Origin: Ruminococcus sp.
GTDB lineage: Bacteria; Bacillota; Clostridia; Oscillospirales; Acutalibacteraceae
DNA: 64,000 nt
NCBI GenBank assembly: GCA_017473955.1
Contig: JAFUIK010000035.1
Location: 32,529-96,528, forward strand
Direction of reading: 5' to 3'
Shown here: one piece after another, positions 9,820-20,000 of the stretch
How positions within the stretch are numbered: the stretch's first letter is position 1
Layout of the letters: each line of letters begins with the position of its first letter
Notes under the pieces: generated by a model
What the model saw: only the letters and a program-made list of their open reading frames with translations
The model's database searches: none
Told to the model about the DNA's origin: nothing
Made by a program: the position numbers and the translations under genes

Positions 9820-11031
9820 ATGGATAAAATTATTATGAAAACTCCGCTCGTCGAAATGGACGGCGACGAAATGACCCGAATCATATGGAAAATGATTAAG
9901 GATATCCTCCTTCTTCCATATATTGATTTAAAAACTGAGTACTACGACTTAGGGTTAGAATACAGAAACGAAACTAACGATCAGGTTACTATCGACTCAG
10001 CAGAAGCTACAAAGAAGTACGGCGTAGCTGTAAAGTGTGCAACAATCACACCAAATGCTGCAAGAATGACTGAGTACAACTTAAAAGAAATGTGGAAGTC
10101 ACCTAACGGTACTATCCGTGCACTTCTTGACGGTACTGTATTCCGCTCCCCTATTCTCGTCAAGGGTATCACTCCATACATTCCAACATGGACTAAGCCA
10201 ATCTGCATCGCAAGACACGCTTATGGTGACGTTTACAAAAACACTGAGATGGTTGTTGAGCAAGGCTCAAAGGCTGAGTTATGTGTTACAAAAGCTGACG
10301 GCACTGAAGCTCGCGACCTTATCTTTGATTTCAAGAACAGTGACGGCATCATTCAGGGTATGCACAACCTTGATTCTTCAATTTCTTCTTTTGCTAGAGC
10401 TTGCTTTAACTATGCTCTTGACCAGAAGCTCGACCTTTGGTTTGCTACTAAGGACACTATCTCTAAAAAGTACGACCACACATTCAAAGATATCTTTGCT
10501 GAGATTTTTGAAAATGAGTACAAAGAGAAATTCGAAGCTGCCGGCATCGAGTATTTCTATACACTCATTGATGACGCTGTAGCCAGAGTTATCCGTTCAA
10601 ACGGCGGTTACATTTGGGCTTGTAAAAACTATGATGGTGACGTTATGAGTGATATGATTGCAACTGCTTTCGGCTCTCTTGCCATGATGACAAGCGTTCT
10701 TGTATCACCGGAGGGAATCTACGAATACGAAGCAGCTCACGGCACAGTTCAGCGTCATTACTACAAGCACTTAAAGGGTGAGGAAACTTCGACAAACTCT
10801 GTCGCTACCCTCTTTGCTTGGACAGGAGCATTAAGAAAGCGTGGCGAGCTTGACGAGACACCAGAGCTTTGTGCTTTTGCTGATAAGCTCGAAAAGGCTA
10901 CAATTGACACAATCGAGAGCGGTATTATGACAGGTGACCTTTACCTGCTTTCTACTCTTGAAAACAAAACAAAAGTAAACACAGAAGACTTCCTTAAGGC
11001 TGTAAACGAGAAACTCAAGGAGCTTCTGTAA
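9820..11031 (+). CDS. icd: NADP-dependent isocitrate dehydrogenase
   Basis: [43 protein letters not shown]. Confidence 0.96.
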   Translation: MDKIIMKTPLVEMDGDEMTRIIWKMIKDILLLPYIDLKTEYYDLGLEYRNETNDQVTIDSAEATKKYGVAVKCATITPNAARMTEYNLKEMWKSPNGTIRALLDGTVFRSPILVKGITPYIPTWTKPICIARHAYGDVYKNTEMVVEQGSKAELCVTKADGTEARDLIFDFKNSDGIIQGMHNLDSSISSFARACFNYALDQKLDLWFATKDTISKKYDHTFKDIFAEIFENEYKEKFEAAGIEYFYTLIDDAVARVIRSNGGYIWACKNYDGDVMSDMIATAFGSLAMMTSVLVSPEGIYEYEAAHGTVQRHYYKHLKGEETSTNSVATLFAWTGALRKRGELDETPELCAFADKLEKATIDTIESGIMTGDLYLLSTLENKTKVNTEDFLKAVNEKLKELL

Positions 11032-11062
11032 GACTTACTCACATAACCACGGAGGGGTTATT

Positions 11063-11701
11063 ATGGCAAAACAAATTTCTATGCCTGTTATCCGCAGACT
11101 TCCACGATATCACAGATTCTTAACGGAGCTTGAAAGTCAGGGTGTTGAGAGAATTTCATCAAACCAACTGGCTACAATTATGCGTTCGACTGCTTCACAA
11201 ATCAGACAGGATTTAAACTGCTTTGGTGGTTTTGGTCAGCAAGGTTACGGCTATCCTGTTACACAGCTTAAAGAGGAAATCGGCAAAATTTTAGGCCTTG
11301 ACAAGAATTTCAAAGCCATTTTGCTTGGTGCAGGTAACTTAGGACGAGCTGTTGCAACTCATATGAATTTTTCACGACAAGGCTTTGAGCTTACTGCTGT
11401 GTTTGATAAAAACGAGAGTATTGTAGGAACGATGCTTCGAGGCATTACTATTATGTCTGACGATAATATCGAGAAGTATTGTGAAGAAAATAAAGTAGAT
11501 GCGGCATTTCTTTGTCTACCACGAAATGCTGTAAAACCGCTTATTGACAAACTTTACGCTCTTGGTATCAAAAACTTCTGGAATTTCAGCCATTACGATA
11601 TCAAGAACGATTATAAGGATGTTATAGTTGAAAATGTACATATGAGCGATTCGCTTATGACACTATGCTACAGAATAAACGAAACATACAATAACGACTA
11701 A
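11063..11701 (+). CDS. rex: Redox-sensing repressor Rex
   Basis: RRLPRY, QIRQDLNCFGGFGQQGYGY, GAGNLG. Confidence 0.96.
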   Translation: MAKQISMPVIRRLPRYHRFLTELESQGVERISSNQLATIMRSTASQIRQDLNCFGGFGQQGYGYPVTQLKEEIGKILGLDKNFKAILLGAGNLGRAVATHMNFSRQGFELTAVFDKNESIVGTMLRGITIMSDDNIEKYCEENKVDAAFLCLPRNAVKPLIDKLYALGIKNFWNFSHYDIKNDYKDVIVENVHMSDSLMTLCYRINETYNND

Positions 11702-11723
11702 CCCCACCAACTACATAAAAATT

Positions 11724-11755
11724 AACGGAGACACTTAAAGGTGTCTCCGTTTTTT
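11724..11755. terminator. Intrinsic terminator between convergent genes
   Basis: AACGGAGACAC-loop-GTGTCTCCGTTTTTT. Confidence 0.85.
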
Positions 11756-11774
11756 ATTACAAGATACTATAATA

Positions 11775-12449
11775 TTAGTCCTCAGTAACTCTATCAAGGA
11801 TAAAAGGAACATCAGATAAGTCCCCTACCCCAAAGAATTTAACCTTGTGCATAACCTTTTCGAGCATATAGAGTGTATGCTTTGTGCGTTCACTGCGGAT
11901 GCTGTGATAAACAGCACGCATAAACATCAATACCATATCTTTTGTATCAAGGCGTTTTAGCGAATTAAAACGCTCTTTATCGACAAAAACAATACTTTTA
12001 ACAGGGAGTTTCACATCACGTGATTTATCACCATATAGACCAAAAGGAGTACCGTACGCATAGAATACATCTCTAATCAATCTAATGGCAGGAGCATCGG
12101 CTGTAAAAAGCTTATCAAGAGGTAGCATACCAGCAAGGTTAGCTTCTTCAAAAGGTGCTGAAAAAAGAACAGCACAACCATCGTGCTCAACAGCAGCCGC
12201 TTTAATCGGGAAACCATTGAAATCAAAAAGTGCTCGTGCAAACTCTGTTGTCATATATTCGCACTCAATAACATCAGCACTATAGCCCTCATACTCATCC
12301 ATAAGCTGGAGCAAAATATCATCGGTTATATCCAAAGTAAGATTAGGCTTATAATCAAATGAAGCTGAGTACGCTTCAAGATTTTTTAAAAGCATTTTTG
12401 AATTAGTATTTACTTCAATTCCTAATTCTGAAATTCTATATCGTCCCAT
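11775..12449 (-). CDS. HPr-kinase-like (ScmC-like) PqqD-associated protein with degenerate P-loop
   Basis: Family scaffold F..G..xxAAAV..DG.A.LFSA, D.PAIR, AYGTP(F)G, P.K.I.F, N....L is present; LH, Walker A and NDD motifs are replaced. Confidence 0.65.
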   Translation of the reverse strand: MGRYRISELGIEVNTNSKMLLKNLEAYSASFDYKPNLTLDITDDILLQLMDEYEGYSADVIECEYMTTEFARALFDFNGFPIKAAAVEHDGCAVLFSAPFEEANLAGMLPLDKLFTADAPAIRLIRDVFYAYGTPFGLYGDKSRDVKLPVKSIVFVDKERFNSLKRLDTKDMVLMFMRAVYHSIRSERTKHTLYMLEKVMHKVKFFGVGDLSDVPFILDRVTED

Positions 12450-12485
12450 TACTACACCACCTGTGGGAATCAAATTTGAGTGTTA

Positions 12486-12749
12486 TTACTCAAGCAAATC
12501 AGCAGACTTGAGCTTATCAATGAATTTGTCTATGTCTTCTGAAGCTTTAAGCGTACTGACATCGTACGCTTCTGTCATAGCTGAAAGTAAATCTTCCTTT
12601 TCTCTGTCGGTCTCAAGCAACCTCCAAAGAAACGCACCCGTTTCTGTCAGCTTAATAATAGAACCAAACTCAGTTACCTGAGAACCAAGCGGAACTACCA
12701 AATAACTTCCTGCAATAGCCTGCAATACAAAGCCGTCTTTAATTTTCAT
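12486..12749 (-). CDS. Stand-alone PqqD-family RiPP recognition element (RRE)
   Basis: MKIKDGFVL..IAG..LVVP, I.L.ETGAFLW.LL, YDV....A..DI..FI..L....LLE. Confidence 0.9.
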   Translation of the reverse strand: MKIKDGFVLQAIAGSYLVVPLGSQVTEFGSIIKLTETGAFLWRLLETDREKEDLLSAMTEAYDVSTLKASEDIDKFIDKLKSADLLE

Positions 12750-12766
12750 ATTTATCACCATTTATG

Positions 12767-12795
12767 ATTATATCCTATTAAGTCATCTATTGCAA
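12767..12795 (-). promoter_or_regulatory. sigmaA-type promoter of the pqqD-pseudokinase operon
   Basis: TTGCAA-17bp-TATAAT on the - strand. Confidence 0.7.
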
Positions 12796-12827
12796 GAAAT
12801 TTGTGTAGCAATTTAGTAAATATAAAC

Positions 12828-12853
12828 AAAAAGAGCTCCCAAAAGGGAGCTCT
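12828..12853 (-). terminator. Intrinsic terminator after the LRR-dockerin gene
   Basis: AGAGCTCCC-TTTT-GGGAGCTCT followed by a T-run on the - strand. Confidence 0.8.
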
Positions 12854-12869
12854 AAAACGATTCATAACA

Positions 12870-13784
12870 TTAAACTTCAAATGTTTCACCAATATGAAGT
12901 TCGTCATCATAAGAAGCAACATATCTCTGAATAGAAGTTGCATCCATAATAGAAAGAACACCGTCTCTGTCGATATCGCCACGAAGTGTAGCATTATCAT
13001 CAACAGGTTCAGTAAGCTGAGCAATAATTAACTGAACTTCTGTGGTGTCCAAAACCGAAACGTCACCGTCGTTGTCAACGTCACCGAGAATGTATGTTTC
13101 TACAGGATCAAGTAAAACATACTCGATTTCGTTAGACTCAGCATAAACGTGTGCAGCTGAATCAGAATAGCAGTAAATAACTACGTTATCTGTACCATAG
13201 AAAGCATCCTCGTGGATTTCAGTAACAGATGCAGGTATAGTAATCTTTGCAAGATTGTCGCAATAAGCAAATGCTGAATTGCCGATTGTTGTTACAGAAT
13301 CAGGAAGAGTGATTTCGGTCAAAGAGTCACAGTTCATAAACGCTGAATACGAAACAGTGTCAATTGATGTTTCATCCAGACTGATAGATGACAAAGCAGT
13401 ACAGCCGGCAAAAGCATATGGTTGAATTGTAGTTACTGTATTAGCACTGAAAACAACAGTTTCCAAAGCAGTACAGTTCATAAAAGCGTTTGAACTGATA
13501 TTAGTAATATATTGACTGAGAGTGATTTTCTGCATAGTAGTGTTGCCGCTGAAGGCACGCTCACCAACAGAAGTAATATACAAGCGATTGTTGGAATATG
13601 GTGTAAAAACATTCACCGATGTTCCACTATACTCGTAAATTTCAAACTCAGTGTCATTATTAATCTTTTGGTAAACCCAGCTTCCAACAGGAAACAGAGT
13701 TGCCGCACCAGCCGAAAGGCATGCAACAGCAGACATCATCACTACGCAAAGTAACAATGCGAGTATTCTGTTAGTTGTTTTCAT
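12870..13784 (-). CDS. Secreted BspA-type LRR protein with C-terminal dockerin
   Basis: Signal peptide; I...AF..C..L..I.LP repeats; GDVDNDG.VSVLD...GDIDRDG.LSIMDAT. Confidence 0.9.
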   Translation of the reverse strand: MKTTNRILALLLCVVMMSAVACLSAGAATLFPVGSWVYQKINNDTEFEIYEYSGTSVNVFTPYSNNRLYITSVGERAFSGNTTMQKITLSQYITNISSNAFMNCTALETVVFSANTVTTIQPYAFAGCTALSSISLDETSIDTVSYSAFMNCDSLTEITLPDSVTTIGNSAFAYCDNLAKITIPASVTEIHEDAFYGTDNVVIYCYSDSAAHVYAESNEIEYVLLDPVETYILGDVDNDGDVSVLDTTEVQLIIAQLTEPVDDNATLRGDIDRDGVLSIMDATSIQRYVASYDDELHIGETFEV

Positions 13785-13806
13785 AATAAATCACCTTGTT
13801 CAGCTT

Positions 13807-13835
13807 TCCCCCACAGTGCAAAAGCACTGTGGGGA
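13807..13835 (-). promoter_or_regulatory. Intergenic GC-rich stem-loop lacking a U-tract on the coding strand (RNA processing/stabilising element?)
   Basis: CCCCACAGTGC-TTTT-GCACTGTGGGG followed by GAAAG on the - strand. Confidence 0.55.
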
Positions 13836-13849
13836 TTATTTAGTTTAAA

Positions 13850-13990
13850 TTATTCGAAGTCGTCGTCTTCGCCACCGAAGTGAGTCGGGAGCGGTGTCTC
13901 GGATGGGTCATATTTGCTAGGTCCAAGGACGTCAGCAACTAATTGGATGTTGATGAGTTCAACATCAGGCTCTGTGTAAATCTTTTTCAT
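13850..13990 (-). CDS. Putative RiPP-like precursor peptide, 46 aa: MKKIYTEPDVELINIQLVADVLGPSKYDPSETPLPTHFGGEDDDFE
   Basis: Manual translation; GGGAGGG RBS; 14 nt after the stop of the giant gene; YxxP leader motif; RRE gene about 1.1 kb downstream. Confidence 0.85.
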   Translation of the reverse strand: MKKIYTEPDVELINIQLVADVLGPSKYDPSETPLPTHFGGEDDDFE

Positions 13991-14004
13991 TGCTTTCCCT
14001 CCCA

Positions 14005-17000
14005 TTAGTTAATAGTATCAGTATCTTTAGTAGCGAGGTCGTAGAAGTTAACCTCCTCAGGCTCACTGAGGTAGATATTACCTTCAGCGTCAATGAGATA
14101 AGCAACAGCAGTAAATGCATACTCACGATAGTAGTGTGAACCGCCTACAACCTTGTTGTTATCGTACTTTCTGAAGTAGTTACAACGGTTGAGGTTAGTG
14201 AGGTCATACTCTGTGAGATCGTAGCAATAGCAGTTGTATGTATTACCTGAAACATCGAATGTGTCACTCTTACCACCTGATGCGATAGTTTCAAGACCCT
14301 GTTTCATTTGTGCATCCTTAGCATCAGGGAATACAATCGCAATCTCAGTAGTAGGCTGGTAATAATAGTCTGCGTCTCTTACTAAGAGTAAGCCGTACTT
14401 ATACTGTGCATTACCGTTTTCGTCTTTCTTAACCTGATTGAGCTCAAGAGCCTTGTTATTGTTATAAGCTAAGAGGTAGTCAGTGTAGATATAGTCGCCG
14501 CCGTCACCAAACTCACGAGTATATGTTACAGAGTTGATGGATGGTGTCCATACTAAGTCAGTGATAGCACCCTTATAAATAGCCTTGATGCTCTTGTTTT
14601 CTGTAAGACGATATCTGTAGTTCTGGAGATAAGTTAAGATAACTTCTTCACCATCTTTAATCTCTACCCAGTAAGAGAACTTCTGACCGTCTAATGTACC
14701 AGGAGCTTCAATCTCTACAAGGTCATTGAACTTACCAGGAATAGTATCTGTAGTAGTACCAATCTGATAGCTGAGATAGTATGTGCAATCAGTCTGTTCA
14801 GCCTTAAGAGTGATTTCAGATGTAGCAGGTGTAAGGTTAACGTCAGCTACATTCCAAATTACATCCTGACCGTATACTTCAGTTACTTCATCACTTGGTG
14901 CATAGTAAACAATCTTATTGAAAGAATCTGTGTGAGTGTAACCTTTAGCATCTTCTGCTGTGATTCTGCTCTCAACTTCTTCCTGAGGACAGTATACTGT
15001 TTTTACATCAGTATCATCATTCTTATTAACGAATGTAAGCTCTGTACGGAATGTTGGACAGTACTTATTATATTCGTTACCAACAAAGCCTTCGCACTCT
15101 TCATCTGTTAACAAGACGTTTGGTACAATGTATGTTCTGATCTGACCAAAACGGTTTCTGTACTGATATTTCAGTGTAGCGTAGTTAGAAACACGTCTTA
15201 CATCAGAGTAGATATTGATAACCTTCTGTGAATTATCCTGGTCATAAGTATACTCAAACTCAGCTACAACCTGCTTAGTTGAACCAACTACAGCATCTGA
15301 AGTGAATACTTCTTCGTATGTCTTAGTACCATCAGCCTTTGTGGAATCAGTGTACCAAGCGAAGAACTCACCGTTCATAAGAGGAGTTGTGATAATTCTG
15401 ATTGTATATGTCTGAGTATCTGTACCAGCGAAAGTAATTGTTGAACGTGATGTACTTGGAGTACTTGAAACTACTGTTCCATTAGGATTTACTACTTCGA
15501 TATACATTTCAGAAACGCCACCGTGATCAGGGATAGCAGGGTCTGTGTTCTTATAAACTGAATGGTTGATTACAACTTCACCAGACTGAATCTCCTTGAA
15601 GATTGCGTAGTAAGTTGTATTAATATTGATAAGTGTTGTGTAGTCAAAAGCTGAGCTGATGAGCTTATATGAGCCATCAGGCTGTTTTGTGTGCCAACCA
15701 ATGAAACGATAGCCGTCTTTACGTACAGCTGAAAGGCTAGCTTCACCAAGGTCCATAGAGATTGCAAGAGTCTGGTGTGTATCGCCGTTTTCATCAACGA
15801 GGTAGCCCTCACCATAATCAGCTACGTTATCATCGTCGATTGTGTAAACGCCATTGCCATCAACGAGACCAACGAGAACGTCACCGATGACATCGTCATC
15901 AAGATAGTTACCATACCACTGACCATCGTAAGATACCTGGTGACCAGCGTTGTTTTCGTGCTCGTAAGAGATAGCAACTGTCTTACCAGCAACATCAGCG
16001 GCTGTTACACCTAAAGCTTCGTGGAGATAAGTGTATAAATCCTCAAGATCGTTGTCTTTATCATGCCACATAGCTGTTGACATAATGTTTGTGATGAACT
16101 TACCAGTTGAATCAAAGACGTACCAATCCACAGCCCAGTCAGCGTCAAATGCATTATCACCAACATACTTTGTGCCGTTTGGATCGTATGTGATATCACC
16201 CTTGTTAATGATATAGTAATCAGCCTTATTAACGCTGATATCAACAGGGACAGTGATTTCGTCACCGTTAAGGTCCATAGGTGTTTCGCCATCACGAGAG
16301 TAGAGATAATCAAAGTCGTACTTATTAAAGATATCAGTTGTTGTAGTTGTTACTGTGTTAGCAGTTACACCGTTAGCTCTGTCACCGTGGTAACCGTCAG
16401 TTGAGTCCTTAGCAACGAATGTAATAACCTCGTAACCAGCCTCGTACAATGTGATAGGCTCACGGTAGTCGTAACACTGGTACTGTGTAGCAGAGATTCC
16501 AAATGCACCAGGGTTTGAGCCAGGAACAGTAGACTGTGTATAGTTGTTGAATGTAACACCGTTAGGGATTGAAGTAGCGGTAGTGTCATCAGATTTTGGA
16601 ACAGTGAGCATTGTGTAGAATGACAGACCGTCCTCAGATGGAATCATCATCTGACCTGACCAACCACCGTGGTATTCAGTATTGTTTGAACCCCAAGCGT
16701 AACAAGCAACGAACGGACCCCATGCCTGGTCTTTGATTGCTGTAGCATCGAAGTAAATATCGATTTCAGCAAGGTTGTTTGCTTCAACGTACTCTGGTGT
16801 AAGGAAATAAATAGGAATGATGTAAGCATCACCGTCTAAGAATACAGAGCCACTGTATTTGTTATTACCAAGTGAAGCTGGTGTAACGATTGAGTATGAT
16901 TCAGTATTAATGTGATATACAACATATCTGTATACGTAGTAGTTAGAAGCTGCTGTACCTGTGATTTCAGTCTCGAATGAAACTGTCTGTGCTTCAGTTA

Positions 17001-20000
17001 GAGCGATTCTCTTGTACTTCTCACGGTTCTCGCCTTCGTTAGCTACATATACGTCTGCAGGATTTGTTGCACCTTCGTGTGTGAATGTTGAAGTTGCTTC
17101 AAATACTGTTGCGTTGTATGAGCCAGGAAGATCAAGACGTCCTGATGAAAGGTATACTAAATCACCAACTTCACCTACCTGAGCAGAGAAATCGATTGCA
17201 GTATTACCTGTTGGAGTCAAGATGAACTTAATAGCAGTATCATTAGCAGCTGATGTAGTAAGCTTCCAGCTGTCACCACCATCATTCCATGTGATTGTAG
17301 CATCAAAGCCTTTAGCGTTGTGTGTAACAGTAAAGTCTGAACCATAGTGATGATAACTTGGCTGAGCAGTCCAACTGTTCTTATCGTTAGTAACCTGGAA
17401 CCAAGCACCCTTTGAAATAGCAGTAGTAGAACTGTTGTCAGCTAAAACTGTGTCGAGTGTATATATACGCTCTTCTTTATCATATGTCAATTCTTTGACA
17501 ATATTAGTAGTACCACTGTCGAAGTCCATATACTGTCTACGAGCCCAAAGTGTGTAAACAGTTGTGTCTTCAGTTGGGTTGCAGGAATATGTGGTTTCAT
17601 ATGTTAATAAATCTTTACAATCAGCATCTGAATAGAAACCAGCAAATGTGTAGTTAGCGTTAGATTCAGCAGCTGTGTATGTTACAGTTTCTGTCTTATC
17701 AGCGTAGCCACCCTTAGCAAGAGCTGTGTCGCCAATCTTCATAGAAACTGTACCAAAACCACTTGTAACACCTGTACCATAGTTACCGATAGCAACCATG
17801 TCGTAGTCCATCTGGAACTTAGCTTCAATAGCAGGTGTAACTGTAACAGTCTGACCTGCTGCGAGTGTACCTGTGATTGTGTAGCTACCATTAGCAGGTG
17901 TTACTGTAAGAGCATCGTCGGAAACCTCGATGCCTGTAATAGTAACCATATCTGACTTAGGTTCAACTTTGATTTCAACTTCTTCACCAGCCATATAACC
18001 GCCGGTATTTAAGCCATCAATAGTGATACCTTCTGTGTCTTCAAAGTTAATATAAGATAAATCAGCAAAATTAGTTGCAATTGTTACATCTTGTGCAGGC
18101 ATAGTGAATTTGATTTCACCTGTTTTTTGGTTAACATTGAGTTCAACAGCAGGAGAAGCTGTAGCATTTGAAATATACTGGCCTTCAGGAATCACAGCTG
18201 TAACAGTTACTTCGACACCAACGTCATATGGGCCTTCATCTACACCGTTTACTGTAACAGTGCTGGATTTGATGAACTTAGCAACATAGTCTGCGTTGTC
18301 TTTAGCAGTAGTTGTGTAAGTAGCCTCTGTGCTTACTACAGTGTCACCATTATAGAAGCCTACGAATCTGTATCCATCATTTACCTGTGCTGTAAGTGTG
18401 AACTCGCCGTTGTATGGTACGTTTGCAGTAACATCACTGGCGCCATCGTAAGTAACAGTTGCTGTACCGCCGACTGTACCTGCATCGTATGTTGTGCCAT
18501 CAGTTGTGTAAGATGGAGCAACTGTGATAGTGCGGTCAGAACCCGGATCTACTGTAACAGTAGCTGTAGCCTCTGTAGAGATAAATGGCCAGCAAGCTGT
18601 GTCTGTTGCGTAGTTAGTAGGGAGTGTTTTGATACTTGAATTAGCTGTGTCAACGAATGCACGAGCTGAAATAGTAGTGTTACCAGGTGCAACTGATGTT
18701 ACGGTAGCAGTCTGAGTAGCAACATTTGCAACAGTAGCTACAGTTGTTTCAGCAATCGTCCAAGCAACCTTGTCACCGTTAGTAACAGTTGCAGTTGCAG
18801 TGCCTGTTTCACCCATAACAACAGTTAAGTCTTCAACAGAAACTGTAGGACGAACGATCATACAACTTGATGTCCAGTCGCCCATACCTGTTCCGCTATC
18901 AGCACTGCTAAAGTAGAATGCCTTGTGGTTTGTGCTGGACCAGCTAACTGAAATATCAGCAGTCTGCCAGTTCCAAGTATTATCCTTAGTGATGATAAAT
19001 CTATTAGGCTTGTTTGTCTTTAAGAATCTGTAAGCGAAAACCTTATGACCATCGCCGTTTTTACCGATATAAATCATGTTTGTGCCGAGAGGTGTAATAT
19101 TACTACCACCCTCAACCCATGAATAGATACATAATTTATCAAAATTTTGATTGTTTGTTACATAGAGGTAAACGTATGGGTCGTATGTAGCAACGTTTAC
19201 TGTAACCTGTTTTTCAACACCACGGTAAGAAACTGTGAGTGTTGTTGTACCAAGTGCTTTAGCTTCAACGTTGATTTTGCCGTCAACAACAGAAGCTGTA
19301 GCAACCTCAGGCTTAGAGGAAGTTACCGCGAGAACAGGAGCAACTGCGTCTGTACCGTCTGCACCTGCAGTGTCGTTGTTAGTAACAGTAACTGTACCTG
19401 TTGTTGATGTTGAACCTTCGCCAATCTCAAGGTTAAGAGTAGCAGGGGTTACTGTGAGTGTAGGAGAAGCAACAGTAACTGCACATGTGAGGTCTATTGA
19501 ATAGAACTCGTTGTACTTAACTGTAGCTGTTACGTTATCTGTGCCGGTAGTAGCAGTTGTGGAAACAGTACCATCTGTACCAACAGTTGCTACAGAAGCA
19601 GGAGTCCAAGCCACGCTTTCGTAATCAGGTGTTGAAGTTACAGAAAGGTTAGCTGTCTGGCCTGTGAGGAGCTTGAGAGTAGTTTTGTTCAGGCTAACCT
19701 CAGGCTCGTTTACTTTAACATTGAATGTATAACTTGCAACAGATTTGCCGTTGTATATAACGCTAGCACTAGCAATAGCTGAAGGAGTAGTAGGCTTCTG
19801 ACCTGAAACTACACCAGTAGACTCATTGATTGCATAGTAATCTGAGTTTGAAGCAGTATGTGAAAAGTATTTGATTGTGTAAGCACCAACAGGCTCGTTT
19901 GCTGTGATGGTTGGTGTTGCAGTTGCTGTGCCGTTTACATCAACAGTAACGTCAGCAACTTCAAATTCTGGAGCTAATACTTCAACTTCATATGTATCAG

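Noticed and set aside
11775-13990. Complete lasso-peptide or PQQ gene cluster
   Set aside because: No lasso cyclase, B2 peptidase, radical SAM or pqqBCE genes are in the window; the peptide lacks Thr(-2) and the ExxxY motif.
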